From: Octopus sinensis
Taxonomy: Eukaryota
Direction of reading: 5' to 3'
DNA length: 36,438 nucleotides
Assembly (NCBI RefSeq): GCF_006345805.1
Contig: NW_021829893.1
Location: forward strand, 1-36,438
Both the position numbers and the translations under genes were made by a program. The notes beneath the pieces were generated by a model. The model had not been told where the DNA came from. It made no database searches and was given only the letters and a program-made list of their open reading frames with translations. Positions within the stretch are counted from its first letter, which is position 1. Every line of letters starts with the position of its first letter. This document shows positions 1-11,856 of the stretch, one piece after another.

Positions 1-135
1 AAAAAAATATATATATGTGTGGGTATATATAGATATATATATGTGTGTATATATATATGTGCGTGTGTGTGCGTGTTTGCATGTATATGTATGTGTATAT
101 GTATATATAAGTATATATGTATATATGTATATATA
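1..135. repeat. (TA)n/(TG)n compound microsatellite
   Basis: Alternating TA/TG/TATG runs that end at the TA target site of the mariner element. Confidence 0.9.
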
Positions 136-1413
136 CGAGGGACGTTCAATAAGTAATGCCTCTGACCCACTTGCAGCTGTTGCATCTAGCTGAAATTTTG
201 CATGTGCAATCATTGATATCTCTATAGAGTAAGTGGCACATTACAGCTCTGAATTAATTGTGGTTTCTGATTTACAGGTGTTTGAACCGAGTCAAGTGTG
301 AAATGGAGCCTGTTGAGTGTCGAGCAGTGATCCGGTTTTTGTATTTGAAAGGGCGCACACCACGGGAGACTTTTGATGAAATGAAAGTAACTTATGGTGA
401 TGATGCCCCATCATATGACCTTGTAAAACGCTGGCATCGTGAATTGAAACATGGTCGCAACTCTGTGGAAACAGCTCCCAGATCTGGTCACCCCTCTGCC
501 ATTGATGAGGCATCTGTCCGTCAAGTTGAGGCTCCATTTGGGAGATCGACGCTAATTATTCGCCAAATAGCCCATGAGGTCAAGTTAGTACCGTCTGTGG
601 AAACTATCATTCATGACCATTTGCATATGCAAAAGGTGTCTGCCAGGTGGATTGCCAGGTTGCTCAACCTTTCCAGACAGAACGCGTCGAGTGCTCGAGG
701 GCGAATTTGGAGATGTGCCAAGAAGATGAGTCAAATTTTTCAAAAGACTGATTGCACAGGATGAAACCTGGGTCCATCACGATGATCCAGAGATCAAAGC
801 CCAGTCAATGCAGTGGAAGCACCGTGACTCACCCCCTCCAAAGAAGGCAAGGGTGCAGCCCTCCGCTGGCAAGGTCATGCTCACAGTCTTCTGAGACCAG
901 GACGGAGTAGGGATGACAGATTTCCTGGCAAAGGGTACCACAATTGCAGGAGCCTATTATGCTTCACTTTTGAGGAAATTAAGAGAAGTTATCAAAATCA
1001 AAAAGGGAGGCAAGATCAGCAAAGGCATCCTCCTCTTGCATGACAACGCTCCGGTCCACAACTCGCTTGTCGCCAGATCAGAAGCACAGGCGTATGGCTA
1101 TGAACTCCTCCCCCATCCCCCTACTTTCCTGACCTTGCACCCTCTGATTTTCACCTCTTCCCAGTCATGAAGTTGTTTTTGAAAGGAAAGCGTTTCCCAG
1201 ATGATGCAGCCTTGAGTTCTGAAGTCACGGTGAGGTTGGAGGACCAAGATGGGTTCTTCTACAAAAACGGTCTCCAGAGCCGCATCAAACGATGGGAGAA
1301 ATGCGTATCTCTGGGTGGTTCCTATGTAGAAAAAGACTAATAACTATGCCAAGTTTCGTTGCTCTACTGCTATGGGAAGTGGATCAGGGGCATTACTTAT
1401 TGAACGCCCCTCG
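136..1413 (+). mobile_element. Full-length decayed mariner (DD34D) DNA transposon, irritans-like
   Basis: 35-bp TIRs at 136-170 (cgagggacgttcaataagtaatgcctctgacccac) and 1379-1413, 3 mismatches. Flanking TA at 134-135 and 1414-1415. Length 1278 bp with internal transposase remnant. Subfamily inferred from the N-terminus and the YVEKD C-terminus. Confidence 0.95.
303..1340 (+). pseudogene. mariner transposase pseudogene
   Basis: ATG at 303 (MEPVECRAVIRFL, HTH region), then TGDETWVHH, LLHDNAPVH and PHPPY(F)PDLAPSDFHLF after frame correction, ending YVEKD-TAA at 1338-1340. Several frameshifts and a TGG>TGA stop at 892-894. Confidence 0.93.
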
Positions 1414-1417
1414 TATA

Positions 1418-1467
<50 letters not shown>

Positions 1468-1535
1468 CTTGTGTATTTGTATGTATGTGTGTGTGTGTGT
1501 CTGTATGTATATACATGGGCATATGTATATATATA
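1414..1535. repeat. (TA)n/(TG)n microsatellite
   Basis: Direct reading of the sequence. Confidence 0.85.
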
Positions 1536-1862
1536 TATGGATATTCGCAGGTGTATGTATGTGGGTTTGTACGTATATTTATTTTATATGTTTTTTCATG
1601 TATATTTATCTACTTCTTCCCTCCACTTAACAATAACAAACTGACTAAAAGCAATTGTCTTCTAATTTACCTAAAACTCTATTCAATTATTCTATTTATT
1701 CATTTATTTACTTTCTCACTGATTCTTCTCATTTCAATAAACTCTCTGGCCTTTTGACCACTCCCCTAAGAACAATAGTTTGTGCCCTGCTTACCCCAAA
1801 AACGTCCCCCCCCCCGTTAAATTTGCCTAAATGTATAAATACCAAACCTTATTTTGACACCC

Positions 1863-1913
1863 AGCTTCCTGAAGATTTCATTTGAATGAAACAGTTCTAG
1901 TCCTGTAGAAGCT
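1863..1913 (+). ncRNA. Type I hammerhead ribozyme candidate (monomeric fold)
   Basis: AGCUUC (stem I) - CUGAAGA - U UUC AUUU GAA U (stem II) - GAAA CAG UUCUAGUC CUG UA^ GAAGCU. Stem I 6 bp, stem III 4 bp (ACAG/CUGU), GUA cleavage triplet. All universally conserved core nucleotides are present; the 10.1-11.1 pair is U.U. Confidence 0.7.
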
Positions 1914-2001
1914 CCTTCTATAACATAAATAAGTATCTACTCTGATAGTATTAGAGTTATACTTATGTTACTGTGTGGTCCCCAACCCGACCATACAGGG
2001 A

Positions 2002-2042
<41 letters not shown>

Positions 2043-2097
2043 CATATATATATATATATATATATATAGATATATTAATATATATACATGGTAGTAT

Positions 2098-2478
2098 GGC
2101 AATGTGGTGTGTCGTAATGTAGCTTGCTAACCAACTACATGGTTCTGGGTTCAGTCCCACTGCGTGGCATCTTGAGCAAGTGTCTTCTGCTATAGCCCCG
2201 GGCCGACCATACCTTGTGAGTGGATTGGTAGACGGAAACTGAAAGAAGCCTCTCGTATATGTATATATGCGTATGTGTGTGTGTTTGTTCCCCTAGCATT
2301 GCTTGACAACCGATGCTGGTGTGTTTACATCTCCGTCACTTAGCGGTTCGGCAAAAGAGACCGATAGAATAAGTACTGGGCTTACAAAGAATAAGTCCCG
2401 GGGTTGATTTGCTCGACTAAAGGCGGTGCTCCAGCATGGTCGCAGTCAAATGACTGAAACAAGTAAAAGAGTAAAAGA
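2098..2478 (+). mobile_element. tRNA-derived SINE, family A (octopus OR-like, CORE-like centre), near full length
   Basis: B-box-like GGTTCAGTCCC at ~2148, CORE-like CATCTTGAGCAAGTG, internal TA/TG microsatellite, and a 3' tail ccagcatggtcgcagtcaaatgactgaaac followed by (agtaaaag)n. Homologous pieces at 6946-7132 and 25340-25495. Confidence 0.8.
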
Positions 2479-2509
2479 TTTATATATATATATTTATATA
2501 TATATATAT

Positions 2510-2555
<46 letters not shown>
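2479..2555. repeat. (TA)n-(GATA)n microsatellite
   Basis: Direct reading of the sequence. Confidence 0.9.
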
Positions 2556-2556
<1 letters not shown>

Positions 2557-3798
2557 TAATAAAATACAAAATGGGAAAAGAGCGCAAAACATTAGGACAA
2601 CTAGGTGATGCAAAAAGGGACAACAAAGCATCCAGATAGACGATACAAAAAAACAAGGACGGGTCATTCATATATATATATGTACATATAGTGGTTTGTG
2701 TTTGACAGCTAGCAAAGTGGGGGGGGGAGAATAGTTTCTATTTTTATGCACTCTGAGAAATTTATGCTTGGATTATACTAATCAGTGAAAAGCATACATA
2801 TATTTCTATATAATTCTTTATTTTCCATTTCCTTTCCATGAGATAAATTGAGATAAATAAATGAAGTGGAATCAAACAATGCATTCGAAAGTTCTACCTG
2901 TCAAACATGCGTTAAGATCGACCAAGCACCTTGAGTGTATGTGTATCACCTTGACCATTGTTACTTTGTATTTGCCAAACTGATATTTTCTTATATTAGC
3001 TTTGCGAATTCAGAAGGTATTTTTATCAGTTGATTTACTTCCCTTAAATTTACAACAGCAGTACATTGAAATTAATCACTAATGTTGCTCACCCGCTTAC
3101 ATCGAGCAAACGTATTACAGATCATATTATTTATTCCATCCCTTTTTAACTCTGTGTGGTTAAATGTTTCAGCCTAGCCGAAACCAGTAAATCAATTTCA
3201 ACGTAGGATGGTTCAAATCACAGGTATCATTTTACTTCGTTAGCTATAATTTCCCTGTACCATGTGATTTCAGTTTATTAAATGTTATATAAAGACATCA
3301 ATATATATATATATATATATTTATCTTTGACTTTTTTCTCATTGTTTGTGGAAATGTACGTGCGTGTGTGTGTATATATATGTCTGGAAAAATGTGTATC
3401 TGTGTGTACGTGTGTGTTTGAAATGTTATGTAAGCTGCTGTTCTCTTTAATTTACGTTATCCGTTGTATATTTCTGCTTTTTGTTTTCTATTCCGAAATT
3501 ATTTTTGCTTTCTTTATTTTCTTTTATTTTCGTTTTTTTTTTTTTTGTTTTTCGACATATTTTGTTATCGTTATTTTCAAGCCGTCATTTTATATTTGTT
3601 GTCTTCGACTGTAATTTACATAGGCTGTCTGCCAGAGTCAATTACCAGCATTGGTTGGCCAGTATGGCATAGAAAAACTGCTTATGATCAATAGTGGAGT
3701 GTAGAAAGCGAATGACACGCCTGCCTGAGATCAACACCCTGCTTCCACGCGCTTTCAAATATAAACGCTGCTGGCTTTTGAACGTCGAGCTTTATACC

Positions 3799-3878
3799 CT
3801 CTCTCTCTCTCTCTCTCTCTCTTGCTTTCTTTCTGCTTTCTCTCTTTCTTCTTTCTTTCTTTCTTTCTTTCTTTCTCT
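3799..3878. repeat. (CT)n/(CTTT)n polypyrimidine microsatellite
   Basis: Direct reading of the sequence. Confidence 0.85.
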
Positions 3879-4539
3879 CACTCTCCCTCTATTCCACTCT
3901 TTCCCACTCACTTTCCCTCTCTCCTACTCCTTGGATGTATATATATATATATGTACACGTATACATATATATATAATGTATGTATGCATGTATGTATATA
4001 TATAATTATGAATGTGTATGATTCACTTTTTCATTTCATTTCATTCTCGACTACACTGCTCTCTCGCTTTTCTCTCCGTCTCTCTCTCTCTCCCTCTGTG
4101 TGTGTCTCTCTCTCCATCTATCTATCTATCTTCATTCCATATGCAACTGTTAGCACCGTGTCAGAATCATTTAACTTTTTAGCGAGGCCAGGTCGAAACG
4201 AAAAGCTTTACAAATTAAACAGCTAAATTATTCGTCCCACCTCACCTCTCGTCTCCACTCTAACTTGTAAGGACACAAGTGTTAGACAGCAAGTAGGATG
4301 GTGAAACTGTCAACAAATCGAACCTATTTTAACACGAGCAAATAGGCTACGGATAACACCATTGAGTGTAAATAAATAAAAATATAGAACAATAAATAAT
4401 ATTTCCGGACGAGCCTAATCCGCAATTTTTATTGCAATGTTTTATGTATAATCACTTATTCACTAATTATTTCCCTTGAGACCTACAAATGAGAATGAAA
4501 ATAAAAACTTCCATTGAGCTTCATCATTTAACTAGGGAA

Positions 4540-4740
4540 GCTGCGCAGTAGAAATAGTGGCCAAATATCTTTCGGATTATACTCTATTCATCTCAGAGAT
4601 AAAACACGGCCAAATGAGGGAGTCTCTACTTGGTCATTTATGCTGCTAGAAATAGCAGTGAAATGATTTCAAATTGTCCCTTACCGTCTTAGACAAGGCG
4701 CAGACATATTAGTTGCTGAAACCTAGATATCTGTAGTATA
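4540..4740 (+). mobile_element. Interspersed repeat family C (unclassified), degraded copy
   Basis: CTAGAAATAGCAG at 4646-4658 recurs at 25024-25036. ggagtctctacttggtcattta (4619) aligns with ggagcttctatgtggtcgttta (27459). Confidence 0.5.
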
Positions 4741-6314
4741 CTTTTGATGCTCAGTTGCAATATCGATACGGAATGGGTTCAGAAGTTTCCTTAAGTGATG
4801 CTCCACATATTTATATTTTACATATATATTTCTTCTGGCAAGACAAAAATGGCGCATGTCTTACAGAAGAACTAGAAATGGTGATATTCATGTTTCACAT
4901 TATTGTTATTAACAAAATTATGTAAATTGAACAATAAGAATTAAAGGACTCAGATGAAATAAGAATATCACTAATGTAATTTTCAACTTCTTTTTGAAAT
5001 TATTCCCTCATGATGTATTCAAGAAAATGAAATTCTGGACGGCATATCTCATCTTTCAAGCATCTAAGATATATATGGCATTTCAATCCATTATTCCTCA
5101 GATTTTCTCCCTTTATCTTGTGGCATTTGTGTGACGACCGACCCCTGGGGACATTCTTGACAATTAGTATATGCATGACAAAATCGTTTTATGTGGCTCT
5201 CCTTCGGTTATTTTGTTCACAGGGTACCAATTTTTTATAGGATACCACAGAGCCTGGGTGCTCAGAAAGAAAGGAACAGTAACAAATACCGCAAAGCATA
5301 TCTATCATCGCCTTGGACTGATATCTTTGTTTTAAATGAAGAACAAATTTCATAGCGGAACACGTATAAGTCGTAGAAAATATCACAAGGCATCTTGTCC
5401 GACGTTCTAACTATTCTTCCAGTTTATCTCATATTTACTAGCGGTGTTATATTCCCACTTACAGAAGAACTGTATTTGTTATCTTTTTGTTTATAAACTT
5501 CGAAAACAGTGGTCCTGTGTTGCTAAAGCAACTGTTATGCAGTATCTTAACCACTGAGGTTAGCAGAATAATGCAATAGCTATTTCCTGCTTGAGTGAAT
5601 TTGTAAAATCATCCCCGTAAAATACAAAGAATGAGTTATATTTGTGTGTGGTAAAAGAATGGCTTAACATTCGTAGACAACTTTCTTTTCTATATAATAT
5701 TCAATATGACAGTGTAATTTTCTCTAAACATTTGTCTTTTTTTCCAATGCACCAGCATATATTACATCTATCCACCTTTTATTAAGTTCAGTGGGCCATT
5801 GAAGGTTAAGTGTTTGTGTCATGGATTTAGCACATCAACACTGATGGGCTCCAAACAGTAATTCGTTCGTCTAGTATGGTGACATACTAAAGGCACACTT
5901 GGACGCATCCTTCAGAAAATGTGTAAGGTATCAAATAAAATTTAAATCTAATTGGACAGATGCAATTACCTTTCTCAATCAATTTAGCAAAGGTCATATG
6001 AAATTATTCAGCAGATGGAGTGCAATTAAAGCGGATATTCTATCGGTGGTCTTGAGGGGAAATATAGATTTGCTTCCACTTTCCAGAGTAGGCGATTGAA
6101 TAGCTCGGAGACTGGAGTGGTATTCTTCACTGATTTGCATGATTTAGTCAGTCTGTTTATCTCTAGCTATATTGTTTATCTCTAGCTGTATGCGTTCGTG
6201 TGTGTGTTTCATATTTGTGTTTGTAGGTTTGTATGTTGAAGTTTTGATATAGATGCAGAGAGAGAGCGATTAAAAGTAATGGACAGTATTCATATAATTG
6301 CATTAAACGAGCCA

Positions 6315-6315
<1 letters not shown>

Positions 6316-6393
<78 letters not shown>
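6316..6393. repeat. (AAT)n microsatellite, expanded tail of the adjacent minus-strand SINE
   Basis: Contiguous with the 3' end of the family-B SINE at 6394, which ends ...gaaaggtt(att)n on the minus strand. Confidence 0.85.
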
Positions 6394-6395
<2 letters not shown>

Positions 6396-6578
6396 CTTTC
6401 CACTATAGACATATGGCCTGAAATTTGGGGGTGGGGGCCAGTCGTTTATATCAACCCCAGTGTTCAACTGGTACTTATTTCATCGACCACAAAATGATGA
6501 AAAGCAAACCTGATTTGAACTCTAAAAGATAAAGTCGGACGAAATGCCTAACTATAACGCTACGTAATTATATTCTAC
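6394..6578 (-). mobile_element. tRNA-derived SINE, family B (OK-like; central domain resembles Meta/MESC type)
   Basis: Reverse complement reads ...gagttcaaat...gcttttcatcattttgtggtcgatgaaataagtaccagttgaacactggggttgatataaacgact...ccccaaatttcaggcc...(att)n, matching other family-B copies in the window. Confidence 0.75.
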
Positions 6579-6945
6579 AGAATCTTTTGATTTTATTTTT
6601 GCTCGAATGCAGAGCTCCCTCATACACACAGTCACACACATCACTGAAGTATCTTAAAACAGAGATAGACTCCTCTCAGTGTCTATATCCCACTCGCCCT
6701 TTCTTCCTGATTCCCCATAGAATTTTATTTCTACTTAGCTCCTATCCTCTCGCCCGTTTTTCCTCACCTTCTGCTTTAACCACTTTTAGTCGCTCTCGTT
6801 CCTCCTCTACATTTCTTTTGGTGAAAGACTAACGTCCAAAATGTTAAGTTTCTTTTCCTTACCTCATTTAAATGTCAGGTTACTACAATATTGGCTAAAA
6901 CATATCACTCCTATGTTGTATTTTTCGTTTGCTTTTGTCCATTAA

Positions 6946-6975
6946 GTGGACCCGGTAGAAGGAAACTGAAAGAAG

Positions 6976-6978
<3 letters not shown>
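6946..6978 (+). mobile_element. Family-A SINE fragment (end of 5' half)
   Basis: gtggacccggtagaaggaaactgaaagaagccc followed by (TA)n; matches 2220-2250 of the full copy. Confidence 0.6.
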
Positions 6979-7013
<35 letters not shown>

Positions 7014-7015
7014 CT

Positions 7016-7132
7016 GGGTTTTTTTTCAGTTTCCATCAATCAGATCCACTCACAAAGCTTTAGTCGACCCAAGGTGCTCATTTATCTGACTGAACCCGAA
7101 ACCATGCGAAGCAAGTTTCTTACCACGAGGCC
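7016..7132 (-). mobile_element. Family-A SINE 5' half, internally deleted
   Basis: Reverse complement: gtggtaagaaacttgcttcgcatggtttcgggttcagtc...caccttgggtcgactaaagctttgtgagtggatctgattgatggaaactgaaa. Confidence 0.7.
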
Positions 7133-7313
7133 AGCTTGCGAATATAAATGTATGTATGTATGTATACAAGCACAGGCAACCGGTGTTGCCCGGGAATGAA
7201 ATTATTCCTTATATATTGGAAGAAAGAATCAAAAAGCAAAATATGTTGTATAGAAATTATTCTGAATTCAATTTATTTTTCTATTGGGAAATCATTTCTG
7301 TATTCACAATACA

Positions 7314-7397
<84 letters not shown>

Positions 7398-7420
7398 TAT
7401 AATAATAATAATAATAATAA
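7314..7420. repeat. (AAT)n microsatellite, 5' flank of R4-A
   Basis: Direct reading of the sequence. Confidence 0.95.
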
Positions 7421-10282
7421 ACAAACCCTGTGGATAAATAACAAACCCTGTGGATAAATAAATAAATAACATCCAAAACAAAATTAAAAAAATTAGAAAA
7501 GACCTGTCGATTCTTAATGAAATCAACAAACAATTAACGCTACTGAGCAACAAAAAGAGAACAAAAATGCTCCGCAAATATAACATCACAGAAAAAGATT
7601 TGCCGGAGATAAAAGAAAAGCTGAAGCAAGATATCCTTGCCAAAGCTCAAAGGATCCGCCGGTACGAGAAACGCCAACGCTTCCTTGAACAGAACAAAAA
7701 GTTCAGCTCCAACCCCAAAAAGTTCTACCAAGAACTGGGAAAAAATAAAATAGAAGTCACTGCAGCACCAACGGCAGAAGAATTGGAAGAATTCTGGAGA
7801 GAAATATGGTCGGCGAACGAACAGCCAAAAAAAAAGGTGTATCAAAATAACAAACTCGGCATCTGAAACAATTTGGACCCCCATCAAACAACTGAAGAGG
7901 TCACCCAGGCACTGCAAAAACTAAGCAACTGGAAGGCACCTGGGCATGACAAGATCCCCAACTTCTGGTTGAAATATCTAACAGGAATGCACAAAAAGCT
8001 GGCTGAAAACTTTAACAGCATACTAGCAGAGCCAGAGACAATGCCTGAATGGCTCACGAAGGGGAAAACCATCTTAATTCCCAAATCAAATGAAACAGCA
8101 AAACCAGAAAACTACAGACCAATAACCTGCTTCCCTACTATGTTCAAGGCATTTACTGCAGTGATATCGCAAAGGCTGAACAAGCACCTGGACGAAAACA
8201 AACTGTTGCCAGAAGAGCAGAAAGGATGCCGCAAAGACTCATACGGCTGTAAAGATCAACTAATGATTAATAAAGCCGTAACTGAAGACAGCCACAGAAA
8301 GAAGAAAAGCCTCAGTATGGCCTGGATTGACTACAAAAAGGCGTTTGATAGCATCCCCCACACATGGATCCTCGAAACACTAGCCATTAACAAAGTAGCA
8401 CCAACAATCATAAAATTCATAGAGCACTCTATGAATAAATGGCAAACAGTCCTACACCTCCAAACAAAAGAGGGACTCATGAAAACCAAAGACATCCCCA
8501 TTAGGAGAGGAATATTCCAGGGAGACACGCTCTCTCACTCCTTTTCTGCTTGGCACTGTCACCTCTATCTGATATGCTAAATAGAACTCGATGCGGATAT
8601 AGATGTTACGGCAAAACGATCAGCCACCCTTTATATATGGATGACCTAAAACTATACGCTGCAATGACAAACAGCTGGAAACACTATTAAAGACAGTTCA
8701 TGGATTTACCAAAGAAATAGATATGAAATTTGGATTAGAAAAATGCGCCAAAGTAACCATGAAAAGAGGAAACTAGTTAAGAGTAACACATCACACTAGA
8801 TAAAACCAATGAAATAAAAGAATTAGACCAAAGCCAAACTTACAAATACTTAGGAATCCATGAACTAGATAAGACACAACACACGCAAATGAAAGAGAAA
8901 TAAAAAAGAATATTATAGACGAGTTAGATCAATACTAAAAACAGAGCTCAATGCTAAAAACAAGATAATAGGTATCAACACTTTAGCTGTCCCAGTTATA
9001 AGTTACAGCTACAATATCCTTAACTGGACACGAAATGAACTGTCCAAAATAGATAGGAAAACAAGAAAAATACTGACAGGATCTAGGATGCATCACCCAA
9101 AATCCGACATAGAAAGACTATATATACAACGTATAGAAGGTGGTAGAGGCTTTATACAGCTGGAAAACTACTATAAAATAACCACCATAGGACTGCAAAA
9201 ATATCTACTTCAGAGGGAAGGAAAACTGATCCAGATAGCAGCAAAACACGAGCAAAACAAAAAACTGTTCTCAGTATTTAAGGAAGCTGACAAATACAAA
9301 CAAGAAATCATACCACCTAATAAATATGAAGAAGAAGAAGAAGATGATGAAGAAACAACAAAAGCTATAAAACAAATGAAATCCAAACTAAAAATAGAAC
9401 AGCAACGAACCATGATAAAACGATGGCAAGAAAAGCCCCTCCATGGTAAATACTGCACTAAACTAAACGCAAAAGAAATAAACAAAGAAAAATCCCAGCA
9501 ATGGTTGAGAAGCTCAGGACTCAAAGCAGAAACAGAGGGATTTTTAATTGCAGCACAAGACCAAAGCCTCCCCACCAGAAATTACCAAAAACATGTAATG
9601 AAAAAAATATTACAAGTAACCGCAGAATATGTGGAGATGGACAAGAAACAATAAATCATATTATCTCTAGCTGCCCAGTCCTGGTTAAGAAGGAATATAT
9701 TCACAGACATGACAGAGTTGGAACCTACATACATTGGAAGCTATGCCAACATTATGGAATAACAACAGAAAAAAGATGGTATAGGCACACGCCAGAAAAG
9801 GTCACAGAAAACGAGAAAGCAACCATACTCTGGGATATGCCGATACACACAGATAGAGAAATTAAGGCCAACAGACCAGATATAGTTGTCAGAGATTATG
9901 AAGAAAAAAAATGCTTTCTAATTGATGTATCAATACCGGCAGATGACAACGTGTCTCTAAAAGAAATGGAGAAACTCTCAAAATACAAAGACCTGGAAAT
10001 AGAGGTAACTAGAATGTGGAATCTGAAAACAGAAACATTCCTATCATAGTAGGTGCATTAGGCATGATAAAAAAATATTCAGACAAATACATAACAAAAA
10101 CACCAGGACTTACAAACACATAAACATACAGAAAATTGCACTACTAGGCACTGCACACATCCTACGCAGAACACTTTCCATACAATAACCATCAGAGCAT
10201 CACAACAAATCTCAGCACATACCCAAGGCACACAGAGCTGCGCTCGGTAGTGAAGTGAAAGCACGCTATAAAAATAAAACTA

Positions 10283-10285
<3 letters not shown>
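7421..10285 (+). mobile_element. R4/Dong-clade non-LTR retrotransposon (RT plus restriction-like endonuclease), 5'-truncated, copy A
   Basis: RT motifs WKAPGHDKIPNFWLK, NYRPITC, WIDYKKAFDS, RGIFQGDTLS, YMDDLKLY, FGLEKC, YKYLG. Zinc knuckle (R)RICGDGQETINHIISSC and RLE motif NRPDIVV...IDVSIP...EKLSKYKDL. Stop at 10186-10188, ~100-bp 3'UTR, (AAT)n on both sides. Confidence 0.92.
7461..10188 (+). pseudogene. Frameshifted RT-RLE polyprotein ORF of R4-A
   Basis: ORF-track pieces 7567-7866, 7873-8580, 9088-9654 and 9501-10049 join into one polyprotein after about nine 1-nt frame corrections plus a rearranged stretch near 7830-7880. Confidence 0.9.
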
Positions 10286-10347
<62 letters not shown>

Positions 10348-10366
10348 TAATAATAATAATAATAAT
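10286..10366. repeat. (AAT)n microsatellite between the two R4 copies
   Basis: Direct reading of the sequence. Confidence 0.95.
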
Positions 10367-11580
10367 AGAACAACTGTACATGCTAAGAAGAGAGGGTGGT
10401 CATGGACTTTTACAACTGGAATTAACAGTGAAGATTGCCACAATTGGCCTAGACACCTACCTGAAAAACTTTGAGGATTGGATGTTAAAACTTGTCTCAA
10501 AACATAAAAACAAGAAAGCATCATACTCAGTTACAAACAGGCAAAGGAATATCTAAGTGAATTCCAAATACAACAAACTCCAGAATTAGACGTACTAGAA
10601 ATATGCACAGAAAAAGCCAAGCGTATGAAAACCCGTGCTAAAACTGCTGCCTTGGATATTCTTACTGATAAATAGCAAGAAAAACCTCTGAATGGCAAAT
10701 ACCCAAAGAGAGCTAATAGTGCCGATGTCGGCAAAGCTCTTACCCATCAATGGTTTGTGTCTTCTAGCTTAAAATCAGAAGCAGAAGGGTTATCAGAGCA
10801 TTCCAAGATCAATGCCTACCTAGAAGGAACGATCAGTCCAACATATTAAAGAACAGCAGTAACCCAACATGTCGTGTATGTCAACAACAAAATGAAGCCA
10901 TTGATCATGTTGTCTCCATGTCCAGTCTTCTTGATAGAGCAGCACAATACATTTACTGGGTAATTTGCAAAAAGCTGGACCTACCCCATGAAAAAACTGG
11001 TGAGAACACAAACCACCTCCAGTGTTTGAAAATGATCACATCTCACCTCTCTGGAACATTACCATTCAAACTGACAGAAAGATAGATGAGAATAGGCCAG
11101 ACATTACATTTGAAGACTTCAGACAAAAATCATGCCTCCTTATTGATATGACTGTCCCAATCGGCCTAACTGTATCCGTGAAGACCTACCAAAACCTGAG
11201 CAAGTATAAAGATCTTGAAATAGAAATTGGCAAAATGTGGAACTACATGACTAAACCCTTTTGTCATAGGAACACTAGGAATGATAGCAAAATGGATTGA
11301 TTGCTACGTAGCTCAGATACCAGGAAACCCCAAAATGGCAGAAATTCAAAAGATAATGTGCATGAGAATTGCCCATATCCTACATAAAATACTGTCTATG
11401 TAATTTCAAATTTTAAAACAAAGTCATAATTTTTTGGTTTTCTTAAACATTCTCTAGAACAATATTATGTACAAAACAAAATATATGACACACAAGGCAT
11501 GACACCAACATGCATTTCTCTTGAGATCTCTGGGTGAGACTTGGAGCAAACTTGTACAAATACATAGCGGATGTCAATCA
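10367..11580 (+). mobile_element. Second R4/Dong-clade retrotransposon, different family, heavily 5'-truncated and decayed (copy B)
   Basis: EQLYMLRREGGHGLLQLE parallels ERLYIQRIEGGRGFIQLE of copy A. Also CRVCQQQNEAIDHVVSMC, LWNITIQTDRKIDENRPDI and LSKYKDLEIEIGKMW. Stop at 11401-11403. The 3'UTR is unrelated to copy A and is followed by (AAT)n. Confidence 0.88.

Positions 11581-11856
<276 letters not shown>

Noticed and set aside
2098-2170. tRNA gene (also at 33660-33735 and other SINE heads)
   Set aside because: Only A/B-box-like remnants without a full cloverleaf, continuing into SINE bodies.
3168-3195. GCCTAGCCGAAACCAGTA motif; similar GGCCAGGTCGAAACG at 4186-4200
   Set aside because: Upstream core is degenerate and helices are incomplete.
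3620-3790. Possible exon or TATA promoter after a T-rich tract
   Set aside because: AG acceptor-like site but no convincing donor, all frames close quickly, and TATAAA alone is uninformative in AT-rich DNA.
5189-5386. ORF with RYQ..ML...C pattern faintly recalling a DNA-transposase C-terminus
   Set aside because: Similarity limited to a few residues; no upstream catalytic motifs or TIRs found.
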